A program made the translations under genes and the position numbers. A stretch of 64,000 nt of DNA from the human T2T-CHM13v2.0 reference genome, Homo sapiens. Under the pieces are notes generated by a model that was given only the letters and a program-made list of their open reading frames with translations, ran no database searches and had not been told where the DNA came from. How positions within the stretch are numbered: position 1 is the stretch's first letter; the number at the start of each line of letters is the position of its first letter. Where the stretch lies: the NCBI RefSeq assembly GCF_009914755.1, contig NC_060928.1; one strand, 5' to 3'. Shown piece by piece: positions 1 through 13,580 of this stretch.

Positions 1-1427
1 TTTAGTATTATTGACTCATGCAAGGATAAATTAAATGATCAAACTTTCTAAAGGCTTAATTAGCTTCCTATGGCTACGATCTGTTCCAGAGGTTCTCCTG
101 TGTATAAATAATATCCTAATTAAAATACACTGAGGATTTTCTAAGATTTGCTACTGATGTCACAAGTGTCTAGATCATGACAGAGGCAGTGAAGAAAGCT
201 CCAACCCATTCAGCTCTCTGTCCATAGCAGCATTCAGAGAAGTACTTTATGAAGCTAAAGTTAGTTCGTAACTGAATCAACTCCCATAAATAGGAAGTGT
301 ATACATTTTAGCAAGTTATAAGTTATACACAGTGAAGTTATGATAGCAGTAACCAGCATCCTAATGAAATGCCTCAGCCACTGTTGGAAAATAATTGTTC
401 CTCTAAAATGGTCTGGATTCCTTTTTTCTCCACTTTGTCTAAGTTCTATCGATCCTTTGCTCTATTTGAAATTGTTCTTTTCTCACCATAACCTTTACCA
501 CAATGTCACTTTCTTTTATTAGGACTCTTATTACTCTTTGTAAAAGTCACAAAGAAAGAGATCCTGAAATTGCAGTTTAAGTCCAATGATTTTTAGCAGT
601 GCATTACCAATGAAGTATTGTTTCCTTAGGGCACAAAATCTAAATGCTGTCTGTTTTCCTTACTACACAGCCTCACTTAGCACTAAAGCTCTGTATCATT
701 AGGATGGATTCCAATATGTGTTTTCTGCATTGTTTTGAAGAGAGGAATATTTTTATATTTTTTTTTTGTGGAATATGATTCAAAAACTGGATCCATTTTC
801 TCCCATTGAGCCCAAGCAGGCGTATCTTGACTCTTTCTATGTAACTCTATTAAACATCCTTCTCTGCAGCATTTTTGGGACTGTAATCCATTTTACATAT
901 AAACTATGTGGAGCATTTAGAAACAGTTCTGTGTGTTCTGTTTGTAGTGTCTGATTTTAATTATCTTTAGGTTAAATTTCCAATTCTTTCTTACAAATAT
1001 TATGCTCGTTTAATATCTAAATGCCAGCTGTGACTTTATTTCTTACAAACAAAGAGAAAATGCAATCAACATAACCAAACCCATTTAGTTTATTTCTAAT
1101 TTGAGGAGACCTTAAAATGTTTTCATATTCCAGTAAACATTGCCATGGGTATTTTAGGTATAAACACATTACATGTAAACAGAACGCTTTTGCCAAACAG
1201 ATTGACTTGAAGAATATTCACTTGAATTATGACATAATGTAGCACTGTCAGGCAGATTTGAGGCATTGTTAAGACAGTCTTCTAAGAAATGTTATTTTGC
1301 TAGTTTTGACCACTGTGAACATCAGGATCTTCATTCCTAATAAATATATGTGGTTCCCTAATACAGGTCTTGACACAAACAGTGCTTTAACTAAGAACGT
1401 TGTGATGGTCAATCTACATTTTCTAAT

Positions 1428-1665
1428 ATTTACTGAGCACATACCATGGGTATATGCATTGTGCTAAGCATCTTATGCTACTTATCTCCTTTTATCTTCA
1501 TGAAAGTTCTGTGTTATTATTTTTCTCCAATTTATAGGTATAGACACTGAATCTTAGAGAAATTAAATATCGGTTGGTGCAAAACAATTGCAGTTTTGCC
1601 AATGGCTTTTGCACCAACCTAATGTGTAATAACTAGCTTCTTGCTCTAATTTTAAATGCTATTAT
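1428..1665 (-). mobile_element. MIR fragment interrupted by MADE1
   Basis: MIR-like core: tactgagcac...gtgctaagca...ctccaatttataggtatagacactgaatcttagaga. Confidence 0.65.
1570..1622. mobile_element. MADE1 (Hsmar1-derived MITE), internally deleted
   Basis: Terminal inverted repeats ggttggtgcaaaa ... ttttgcaccaacc(taa). Confidence 0.88.
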
Positions 1666-2577
1666 TCAGCTTACCAATAACTACTATTAGTAAACTATAA
1701 AGAATAGAATGGGCTCTGATATCAGACTTTCACTTCTCTTACCATTCTTAGTGAAATGACAAATTTAACTTGAGTAACCAAGTGAATAGTCCTGATCTAT
1801 TTTAGCTCCTGTGTCTAATTTCTGTAGGCCAAAGAGCTCAAGACAATGCAGGAAAATGGTATTGTTTATGACATATAAAACGACAGCATAAAAACATTAT
1901 TCTCTGGGATCTTTTCTAAACAGCATTTTCTTTGCAGCATTGTAAACTTAAAATTGATATTCTATTTCGGCAGGGCTATTACTCCTTAATAATAGCTATC
2001 AATATTTTGGATGTTACAGAAGGATTGTAGTTAAGTGGAAATTTAAATAGAGATGAAAAATATAAAATTTGGTCAATAGACTATTTATATAGTATCATCT
2101 GTGGATCAACAAAAGGGAAGAGAGAAAAAATAACTTTAAGTAGAATTAAATAATAAATCATTCACTTTTACAATAATACTGCTGTTGAAAATTCAGTTCC
2201 CAAATGCAATCATCTTCCCCAATGGCATTACCTTATTGAAATTTTAAAAAGCACATTTCCTAATATTAAAAGTGAATAAAAAAGTGAACCAAGTGTCATT
2301 TTTAATCATTCACCTGCTGAAATTTGAATTAATTGCCTCATATCCATTATTTTTAAACGTGTAATTTTATTTTTCTATCTACTGTTTTTAATTACATACT
2401 TAATATCCAAGTCTTTTAGTGTTTCTTTTTAAATATACTGATATATCTGAATGGCAGAGAAATTATGAAGATCTTCAGTAGTAACATAAGTGAGCAAAGG
2501 CGTGTAACTCAGAAAGGGATATATTTATTTCAAGAATATTTGTTACATACTTAGAATGTTAATAAAAAGTGAGGTGT

Positions 2578-2859
2578 GGCCGGGAGCAGTGACTCACACC
2601 TGTGATCTCAGCCTTTTAGGAGACCAAGGCAGGAGGATCACTTGAGACCAGGAGTTTGAGACCTGCCTGGACAGCATAACGAGAGACCTTCTCTCTACAA
2701 AAAAATTAAAAATCAGCCAGGTGTGGTGGCACATACCTATAGTCCCAGCTACTTGAGAAGCTGAGGCAGGAGGATAGCTTGAGCCTGGGAAGTCAAAGCT
2801 GCAAGTGAGGCATGATCATGCCACTGCACGCCAGCATGAGCAACAGAGTGAGACCATGT

Positions 2860-2888
<29 letters not shown>
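2578..2888 (+). mobile_element. AluJ
   Basis: Diverged dimeric Alu with poly(A) tail. Confidence 0.9.
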
Positions 2889-2890
<2 letters not shown>

Positions 2891-3521
2891 GAGGCTTTTG
2901 ATTCAATGCATTTGAGTGTCATTTTCAGGGGACAATTACTGACGAACAACTTTAGAAGATCATTTGTTAAGAATATCCCTCTAAAATGGTGTTTCCTAAA
3001 AGTAGATTTTAAAGTTTGTTATTTTCTTTTTGTGTGATGTCATGTAGAACAAACCTCCAGTGCCATGTGAAACTGTTTATGTGGTGTTGGCATAATATAA
3101 TAGATCCAATGTGTTGACTTTTAAAAATCTTGAATAGCACTGTCAATATACGATAATAGACTTGTTTTGCCACACACCTAGAGAAAACACTGGCATAGTT
3201 TTTAGTTTGTCAGGAACTGATTATGTCATCACGCACGTGTTTACGGAGAAAAAAGTGTCATAGGTAAATGTATGGTTAGTGTCTAAGTAATTCCAAAGCA
3301 AATCAAAATTTAGATCTCAAAGTTTACATGTTGGGAATCTTCGAGGGTGGAAAATAGCAAAACTGAGGGTAGCCATATTACTGTGTTCCCTTTTACTTCT
3401 TAGAACCCTTTTTTAAAAGATAAAAAAGGAAGGTTTTTAAATGTTTTCTACACTCTGCTTAGTTAACACTGATATACATTGTTGCATTTAACTATTTAGT
3501 AAAATAAAAAACTGTTTCTGA

Positions 3522-3891
<370 letters not shown>

Positions 3892-4259
3892 TAATTATTT
3901 AGTACAACAAAAAAATTTGTTTTGGAGTGTGAATACCCCAGTTAGTTTATTTAGTCTGTTTAGTACATTTAGTTAGAATGTGTAAAATTAAATATGAAAA
4001 AGTCTTTATGAGTTAAGTCTAAAAGTGTGTAGAATTACTGAGTAGGTATTTCTCTCCATAGAGGAATCCTGAACTCATCATCTTTTATTTATTTATTTAT
4101 TTATTTATTTATTGTTTTTTACATGCAGCTGTGTTTAGAGCATGTTACTTTTAAAAACTACGGTTAACTCCGCTCTTGCCATCACCAGCTACTCACTAGA
4201 AAGGAAACTTTAGTGCTATAGAGGTGTTCTTTTTGGTAGTTTATCCTTCTTTCCATGCT

Positions 4260-4365
4260 TGTTTTTTGTTGGTTGGTTGGTTGGTTTTGTTTTGTTTTTT
4301 GAGACAGAGTCTCGCTCTGTCACCCAGGCTGGAGTGCAGTGATGTGATCTCGGGTCGCTGCAACC
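4260..4365 (-). mobile_element. 3' fragment of an Alu right arm
   Basis: T-rich tail followed by gagacagagtctcgctctgtcacccaggctggagtgcagt...ctgcaacc. Confidence 0.85.
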
Positions 4366-4634
4366 ACCCGCTCCTCTCCAGGTGTGGAGCCACTGCCCCT
4401 GGCTGAAAGTCCCTAACTGAATTCTGTGTTTGGTCTTTCTGGTGACCAGCCCCCATCCTGATGCCATTAGAGGCCCCACTTTGGGTCACCCCATTAGCAT
4501 AAACTCAGCTGTGTTTGAAGGGGCTCCTTATGAATAACAAAAGACATTCCTATCGCTCATGAAATTCTAGGGTTTTAGGAGATCTATGCTAGGAACCAAG
4601 GCTGAAGAACAAATATGTTTTTTAGTATACCACA
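4366..4634 (-). mobile_element. MER21-type LTR fragment
   Basis: ggtctttctggtgaccagcccccatcctga...cattagcataaactcag...tgaataacaaaagacattcctatc; ends in ccaca. Confidence 0.75.
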
Positions 4635-5489
4635 GTCTGACTTCTGGGGAGGGTGAAATATTACTCAGATTGTCCCTTCGCAAACCATCAGTAAGCTTTC
4701 ACAGTTGTTTGCTGTTCCATCAGTTGCTAATTGTTTTATGTTTTACTACTTAATTTCACTTTTGGCTGCAGAGCTTTAGTATAATGGCTATGAAAATACT
4801 TGGAAAAATGTAAAAGCACCTTCTGGCTACAAAGTTTTATTATTACTTGAGTTATGTTGAAGAACATTTCCCCCGTAGAGACACTAAAGAAGCCTGCTTG
4901 TGTTTGTGTCCTCAGTCTCTTAGCCAAGCAAGAGTGTTACCTGAAAGCTACCTTCTAAAGCTGTTTCTCTTTAACTACATGATTTGCATTCCTGAAGTTG
5001 ATGATTACATATGGTTCCTAATATTCGAGATTTATTCTTACTTTCCAGGTTTCCCAGTCATAGTCCCAAAAGACAGGTTTCATTTGTAAAGCTCAACAAG
5101 GGAGAGCTAGATGTAAGAAGCATGAGGTGTAATGATTCCCTAACATAATTGTTTTTATTTATAGCCTCTTCTCTATAGCCTGAACTTAAGAGATCTATTA
5201 CTTGGCATTGCAAGCATATCTATCTTTTCTGGTAATTATGGATGTTGATACATGACAGTCATGACAGTTATCATTTGCAGATATGGTTTAGTTTATTTTC
5301 TAAGAAATCATCTCTTTGTATGTTTATAAGCCAGAGCATCTGGGAATTTATTGCCTCTTTATTGGTAGGATTGTATATGTGTGTGAATATGCTTCTATTC
5401 ATATTCATTAGAAGGAGTGGTGAAATTGTAATGGAGGGCATCCAGAGAATTTACTGGACAATACTTTCCTCCCTCGCAGAATTGAAGTA

Positions 5490-6575
5490 AAAGTAGGAAA
5501 CAGAAGAAACCATCCAGCACCCATGTGTTGTTTTCTAGTAGGATTCTCTAATAAAAACACCAGCCTCCTTGGAGGAAGGGCTGATTCTAGGGCTAGGGGA
5601 TGAAATATACAAAATAAATCTGGAGAATCTTGTAGCACCAAAAGTAAGGAAGTGCTCAAAAAATAATTTGATAGGAATATGTCAAAGTGAGACAGGAGCA
5701 GTCAAACTAAAAGATCTCTCATGAAAAAGCTGAAAAATTTATGCAAAAATTAAATAATGTAATATTGGATTATCTCCTAGAATATAAAAATAAAGTCATG
5801 AGTTCCTACTGATAAAAATAAATGCATGGGTGAGTAAATACGTGAAGGAGAAGAGACAAATCTCCTGTAGAAAAGAATTCCAAGTAATTGGTGCAGATAC
5901 TTCTTCCTTAATGAGATGGAGCTTAATCCCTTCCTCTTCAGTGTGGGCTGCACTAACTTGCTACCAAAGAATACAGTGAGGAAAGAGGAAAAAAGTAAGT
6001 TTTCACTTGAGAAAAAAACTTAGAAGACACTACCTTTGTCAGATGATGAAGTTTAACATCATTAGTGATAAGTCAGATTAATAGTACTTACTTTTGATTA
6101 TGATGTGATCAAAATGGTATTTCACCTCTGTGGTCATCCTTCCAAAAATCTATGATCTCAGTATAACCATGAGAAAAGGACATCAGACAAACACAGATTT
6201 AAGGACTTTCTGCCAAATAGCTGACCGGCACTCCTCAATGTCTTTAAACACACCCTAAGTGTAAGAAAGTATCACAGACCAGAGGAAGCTAAGAAGATAT
6301 GACAACTGAATATAATGTAGTATCCAGGATGGGATTCTGGGACACAAAAAAAAGACATGAGGAAAAATTAATGAAATTTTAAAAACTATGGAGTTTAGTT
6401 AATGATAACTTACGAGTATTGGTTGATTAGTTGAGACAAGTGTACCACAGTAATGTAAGATATTAAAAATAGAAACTGAATGCTGGCTCTAGGGAAACCC
6501 CATGTGTTTGCAAGTTTTGTGTAATAAACTAGGAACTATCATCTTTCTAAACTGTAAAATAGAATGTTAATTACA
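5490..6575 (+). mobile_element. Ancient L1 3' region (L1MC/L1MD-like)
   Basis: Typical L1MC3-like 3'UTR blocks: aaggaagtgctcaaaa, ttcacctctgtggtcatccttccaaaa, ggatgggattctgggaca. Confidence 0.75.
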
Positions 6576-7042
6576 CAGAAAAAGAAATAAAATTAAGAGA
6601 CCAAAATATCAGATTCATGTAGTTGACTTAGTTTTTATATTGAAGACTATTTTCTGGAAGCAGTCAAAGCTAGAAAAAACTCTGAAGAATATAAAGTACA
6701 TGTTTGCTTGTTTTTCCACAGAAAAGAGTTCTGACTTAAAACTCATTGTTTAGTGAGTGGATTAACTATAGATAAATAATATTGATATATTGATAAGAAA
6801 TACTGATAAACATTATTTTTTCACTTTTTAAAAATTAACTGGGATTATAGAAAATATCAAGAGATTTATGTTCTTTCTGATATCAGCATGCTGTTGACAG
6901 GCTTAAATATATGGAGACCTTAATAACTCACCTTAAACCATTCAAAATAGTTCCATGAGGATTATGAGCTATTAATGAAGAAAAAAAAATACTTGCCTAA
7001 TAGTCACCTAAATAGTGACAGATGTAATTTCTTTCTTTTTTT

Positions 7043-7345
7043 TTCAGCCACTATTTATTGAATGCCTACCATTTTCTAGGCTATAGGGATATAAACCTAG
7101 TCCCGAATTTTGAGGATGTTACAGTAGAAGGCAATGGGTATATAATTAAAAGAGCAATTAAGTAAACTCTGTGAGGGTTCATTAAGAATATTGAAAAAGG
7201 AGTCATTAATCCCAGACAATAGGAGACAGTTGAAAAAGGCTTTACAGAACAGGTGAGTCCAGAACTTAAACATGTCTCACCATACCGAAAGAGTTGGGAA
7301 ACCTTAGGTATAGTCAGAGGCATGAAGCAGTCTATCAAATTCAAG
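7043..7345 (-). mobile_element. L2 fragment; the element continues in pieces to about 10290
   Basis: Antisense L2 3' end (tatttattgaatgcctac) and later blocks such as gagtttgagatgcct near 9370. Confidence 0.55.
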
Positions 7346-7350
7346 GAACT

Positions 7351-8159
<809 letters not shown>

Positions 8160-8210
8160 TGCCTGCCTTCCTCCCTCCCTCCCGCCCTCCCTCCTCCCTC
8201 TTTCTTCTTC

Positions 8211-8269
<59 letters not shown>

Positions 8270-8378
8270 CTCTTTCTTTCCTTCCTCCCTTCCTTCCTTC
8301 CTTCCCTTTCTCCCTCCCTCCCTCTCTCTCTCTTTCTTTCTTTCTTTTTTTCTTTCTTTCTTTCTTTTCTTCTTTTTT
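8160..8378. repeat. (TTTC)n/(CCTT)n tract
   Basis: Read directly from the sequence. Confidence 0.95.
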
Positions 8379-8495
8379 CAGACAGGTGTCTTGCTATCTT
8401 ACCCAGGCTGGTCTCAAACTCCAGGCCTCAAACAATTCTCCCACCACAGCCTCCAAAAGTACTGGGCTTGCAGGCATGAGCCACTGTGTCTGGCC
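8379..8495 (-). mobile_element. FLAM / Alu left monomer
   Basis: Antisense monomer ending gagccactgtgtctggcc. Confidence 0.8.
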
Positions 8496-8885
8496 CCTGC
8501 TAATTTCTTAATCATGCTGGGAGTAGAGTATCTACAGGAGAAAAGGTTCTATAAGGGAAAGCCTAGAAATACAGGCATAGTTCAGGTTGTAATGGGCTTT
8601 GTACATTAGGCTAGAGTAAGTAAGGAAATAAGATTATCAAATCATTCTAACAGCTTTTTATCAAGGAAAATGAGGTTGGCTTCCCTATCAGAATGTCTTG
8701 GGGGGATTTTAATTTTCTGCCAACCAACCACTGCTAGTTTTCTCCACTATGATGAAACAGTGTACTTAAGAGTGGTGTCAAAACAGCCCCGAAGAGTGAT
8801 GGGTCGGAAAATTGAGAAGAACTTTGGAGGGGGTCTAAGATTATAGATTATACACAGCCGAGAAAGGTGTTGGACAACTGTTGTG

Positions 8886-9143
8886 TTTTTTTTTTCTTTT
8901 CTGTCTTTTTCCTTCCTTCCTTCCTTCTTTCTTCCTTTCTTTCTTCCTTCCTTTCTTCCTTCCTTTCTTCCTTTCCTCCTTTCTTTCTTCTCTCTTTCTT
9001 TCTTTTTTTGCAGTCAAAATCTTGCTGTGTCACCCAAGCTGAAGTGCAGTGGTGCATTCATAGTTCACCAGGCTCAAGCAATCCTCTCGCCTCAGCCTCC
9101 CAATTAGCTGGGACTGCAGGCAAGCACCACCATTCCCACCTAA
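8886..9143 (-). mobile_element. Alu right-arm fragment with CT-rich expanded tail
   Basis: tcttgctgtgtcacccaagctgaagtgcagtgg...tagctgggactgcagg. Confidence 0.8.
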
Positions 9144-9432
9144 TAGCACAATTGTTTTAATAGTCCATTTGGGAGGGTTACATTAAGGTTTAGTAATAAT
9201 AATAGGGACAAAGGCAGATGTGAGAAACTTTAATGAGGCAGAATCATTGGGAACTTGATCATTGGTAGGTGGTAAGTGTAAAGAAAAGGTCACAAATGAC
9301 TTCTCATTATTGAAAGGAACAGAGGCCGCTTTGTGGGAAAAGATAATGTATTAAGTTTTTGCATATTGAGTTTGAGATGCCTACAGGATACAAAGGTAAC
9401 ATAACCAATGGCAGTAAATTAAATGATCTAGA

Positions 9433-10085
9433 GAGAACTTGGCAAACTTTTACTATAAAATACCAGATAGTAAATATTTCAGTCTTTGCAGGCTATGTAT
9501 GGCCTCCCTCACTGCTCAGTTCTGTGGTTGTAGCCTAGAAGCATCCATAGATAATATATAAACAAATGAGCATGGCTGTGTGCCATTAAAACTTTATGAA
9601 TATTGGCCAGGCATGGTGGCTCACGCCTGTAATCCCAGCACTTTGGGAGGCCGAGGCAGGTGGATCACCAGGTCAGGAGTTCAAGACCAGCCTGACCAAC
9701 ATGGTGAAACCCCACCTCTACTAAAAATACAAAAACTAGTCTGGCGTAGTGGCGTGTGCATGCAATCCCAGCTACTCAGGAGGCTAAAGCAGGAGAATCG
9801 CTTGAACCTGGGAGGCAGAGGTTTCAGTGAGCTGAGATTGTGCCACTGCACTCCATCCTGGGACACAGATGGAGACTAGGTCTCAAAAACAAAAAACAAA
9901 AACTTTATGAATATTAAAATTTAAATGTCATATAATTTTCCCATAATGAAGTATTTGTCTTCTTTTGTTTGTTTGTTTGTTTTTCGAACTATTACAAAAT
10001 GGAAAAAACATTCCCTACTTGTGGGCTGAACAAAAACAGAGAGTGGGTCAGATTTGGCCCTTCGTTCTTAATTTGCTGACCCTTG
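9433..10085 (+). mobile_element. MER58B (hAT-Charlie MITE) interrupted by an Alu
   Basis: TIR remnants ttggcaaac / tttgctgacccttg and an atctaga-type Charlie TSD on both sides. Confidence 0.8.
9605..9898 (+). mobile_element. AluS (Sg-like)
   Basis: Perfect 17-bp TSD aaaactttatgaatatt at 9588-9604 and 9899-9915. Confidence 0.92.
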
Positions 10086-11974
10086 ATCTAGAAAGAAGTC
10101 TGACTTAGAAATGGGAGTTTTCTGTTATTTACATATAGAGAAAAGTCTAAAGCTGTGGCTGTGAATGCAATCACCTCTTTGGATTGATGGGGATAAAAGG
10201 ATGGCTAGGATATGGCTAAGAGACAATTAAAATTTAAAAGATCGGAGTCAATAAAAGAGATTTGGGAGGAAAAACAAATCCTGAATTGTGATGAATAAGC
10301 CTATAGTATTGTTTAATACATACATTAACTTTATAAAATATATGTGTATATACTATCCTGTGAACACTTCTGGACTCATCCCAGCCTTCTTTGTATTTTT
10401 CAGTGCTTGGTGTAATTGTACCACCTGAAATAGAGCTGACATTTGAAAAGTCTGTTTAAGGGATGGATGGTTAGCAAAATGTTAAATACCTCCTTATTTA
10501 GAGGTGTTTCATTTAAAACCTGAAGTTGTGGGCTGTTTTGTTTTTTCTACATATTAATTTAGATAAGCAGAAAGGAAGCTACATGAAATACTTAGAATCT
10601 TTGAAGTAATTTGCAAATCAAGTAATAATAAAAATATCTGTAGTGACAATATGGCAAATTAGTGACTAAATTTAATTTTGTTATACTCCAGTCATGATGA
10701 TGTTAAATGTTTTTGTTTTCATAATTCTGTGATGTTGAAAAATGATTAGTTAAAAACACATTAGTTAATAAAGCTCCTAATCATTAGGTAGGTTTTAGTG
10801 AACCAAACTTCACATTGACTCCATACCATTTTTTCTCTTTACAATGTATAAGTTGTCCAAAAGCATGACATAGAAACAACAGTAACCTCATGAAGTTCTG
10901 TAAGATACAGAAGAAATTTAAATGTAAATAAGTTTTAAAACACTATTAGAACATATTTATAACTTAGTTCAGATTAAATGCTGAGGAATAACTGAGACTA
11001 TGTGTCTGCGATAATGATCTATTTCTGTGGTGTGTAGTACTAAAGTGACATTATTCTTACTAAAAAGGGAAGCACTCAACAGAGCTGGTTTTCTCATCAG
11101 GAAAACCAATTTTAAGGGAAACAAGTCAGTGCCTAGTTATTTATGTTAAAGAAATAAATGACATTGTCTTTTTCCAGTGCTTGTCTGAGTTAGAGAAATA
11201 TGGTCTTAACTGCTTTTAGGTTGACAAAATAACAACACTATACTAAAAGTGAAGAAATATTTCTCAAAATAAAAATCCTTATACTCACCTGAAAAAAATA
11301 GAGATAAAGGTGTATATCAATGTTTACTGTTTTGAAACAAAGCTTCTGCTGCAGGGCATGCTTCAGAGTTCCTTGTAGACAGTCTTGATTCAGTAGGTTT
11401 TGGTTGGCTGGGCATTGGTAAAACCTTCCCAGGTGCTTTCCAACATGTAGCTTAAAGTTAAGAAACACAGTTGTGTTCTGTGGGTGTGCATATGTGTATG
11501 TTTTTTTGGTTCTTTCTCTGCAACCAACTTAGGACAACTGAACTGAACAACAGTCCCATTTCTCCATCCCCTCACGTCTTTTTTGGTCTTTTTCTTTAAC
11601 AATATACAGATAAACGTAAGCCCTTTTACTTAACTAGCATTGTCCAAAATCAAATTATCAGAGTTGGAAAGAAATGTGGAATTATTTGCGTTACTGATCG
11701 GAAAAATGAACAAATTTGCCCACAAGCAGAGATCGGGTAATAGCCACTGCCAACTAATCCTTTTATCTCTCTGGATCGGGGTGGAGTAGAAGACTTTTAT
11801 GATGCTGGCATCAATTCAGTGTGCCGATGCCAATATCTGGGCCCCTTTGTTGTTGCCAGCATTATACAATTCTTATCCACTCTACTCCATCTGCGGTCCT
11901 TCCCCAGAGTGTCATGGCTAAGTTGTGAGTGAAATGCCTCATTCCAGTGCAGTCATATCTCAGAACCCTTTCAT

Positions 11975-12215
11975 ATTATTAATAGCTGCCATGAGAGTGC
12001 CTGTCATATGGCAATTACTCTTCTTTGTGTTTTATACTTTCTCATTTAATGATCATCATAATATTATTAGATAGTTATTATTATCATCATCCTCTTACCA
12101 CAAATAACAAAACTGAGCCTTAGCAAGTGCAAAGTAACATAACAGCAATAGAAAGTGATAGAGCCAGGATAGGAACCATGTTCAGTCTGATCGTTAAGTC
12201 TTTGCATTTTTTCCT
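11975..12215 (-). mobile_element. MIR
   Basis: ttctcatttaat...aaaactgagccttag...gagccaggataggaacc...tctga. Confidence 0.65.
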
Positions 12216-12439
12216 AAGCCACACTGCCAAATATTACGGCATTAAATCACTCATCATTTTGTGTCAAACTGAAGATTTCTACATAGTAAATATTGAAATC
12301 TATTTCCAAGTATAGTGAAGATGAAAACACAATTTTGAAATAGGATAGGTTCAGCAGAGCAATTGTGTCCACTTGTTTATTAAGAAAACCAATTTCAGGA
12401 TTACCAGGGAAGGACCAGGAAAAGCTGAGAGTAGGGGTG

Positions 12440-12635
12440 TATATCATGATTGTTAAAAGCAAGGATTTGGAAATAAGGCATATATTTGAATTTATATCCA
12501 GTGCTTATAAGATGTGAATTTAGGCATCTGGGAAATGGGGATAATAATTGCACAGGGTGTTGTGAAGATTAAATCAAATAACCTGGGTTATTGATTTATG
12601 GTAATACCTGCTAAATGTTTAGTGCTCATAAATGT
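12440..12635 (+). mobile_element. MIR
   Basis: catctgggaaatggggataataat...gttgtgaagattaaat. Confidence 0.65.
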
Positions 12636-12802
12636 TTGTTTGGAAAAGGGTTCTGAAAGACTGGGTTGGAGGGTTGCATTGAATCAAGGAATTAATGGGT
12701 TGGAAAATTAAACCAAGAAATAGTATGCTTGATTGAGCAACAATCTTGACAAAGTCAAGCCAAAATAGATACAAAGATGATACCTTTTGGATTAGGTGGG
12801 GT

Positions 12803-13580
12803 TGTGATTATCTGTTGGTGCACAATTACCTCAAATTTGGTGGCATAAACTATCATTTTATACTGCTCATGACAAGAATTCATGAGCAGAATAAAATGAA
12901 TTCTTGTCATGAGCAGAATAAAATGATAGTTATTGATAGTTTATGTTACCAAATTCATCTAGGGCATAGTAGGATTGGTTTGTTTTTACTCCACCATGTC
13001 TACGGACACAGCCAAGAAGATTTGAAGATTGGAGGTGACTTCGGTGAATGGAATGGAGTCATCCAGGAGGTCCTACACGTACATGTCTACTGCTGGGCTT
13101 GATTACTTGAAGGCCCGCCCTACCTGGAACTGACAAGCGGAACACCTGCATGTGGCTTTTCCACGTAGGATTGACTTCACAACACAGCTTCTACTTTCTG
13201 AAAGGGAGTGTCCCAGATGAAAGCTTCTAAACAGCAAATGTTCCAAGAAATAGTAGAAGCTACACAGCCTTTTTTACATAGCTTTGCAAGTCATATAGCA
13301 TCACTTTGGGAACATTCTACTGGCACAAGGCTGTCATTAAGGACAGACAAGATTGTAGAAGAAAGGAATTAGACTATCCCTTTTCATAGGAAAATGGTAA
13401 GGTAGAGTGATAAAACTTCTTTGTTTCCCCATGACTTAGGGGGTTACCATGACATGGGTCTTTCCATTTTAAAACTAGGAAAGTCCCAGGAAAACTAGAA
13501 CAAGCTGGTTTCTCTATGGCAAGGTCACATTCAAAAGAACATTGGGAAGAAGAGATTTTTGCTCAAAATACAGTCTGCAC
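12803..13580 (-). mobile_element. Old MLT1 (MaLR) LTR containing a palindromic rearrangement and a MER81 insertion
   Basis: caattacctcaaatttggtggcataaac start, gaagtc-like ..acagcatcactt block, and aaaatacagtctgc end. Confidence 0.7.
13403..13516. mobile_element. MER81 (hAT-Blackjack MITE), 114 bp
   Basis: Ends tagagtga...tctcta, internal aaaactaggaaagtcccagg, and 8-bp TSD tggtaagg / tggcaagg. Confidence 0.8.

Noticed and set aside
12880-12926. Direct repeats with a spacer, superficially CRISPR-like
   Set aside because: Only two copies, in human intronic LTR context with no cas genes; explained by template switching.
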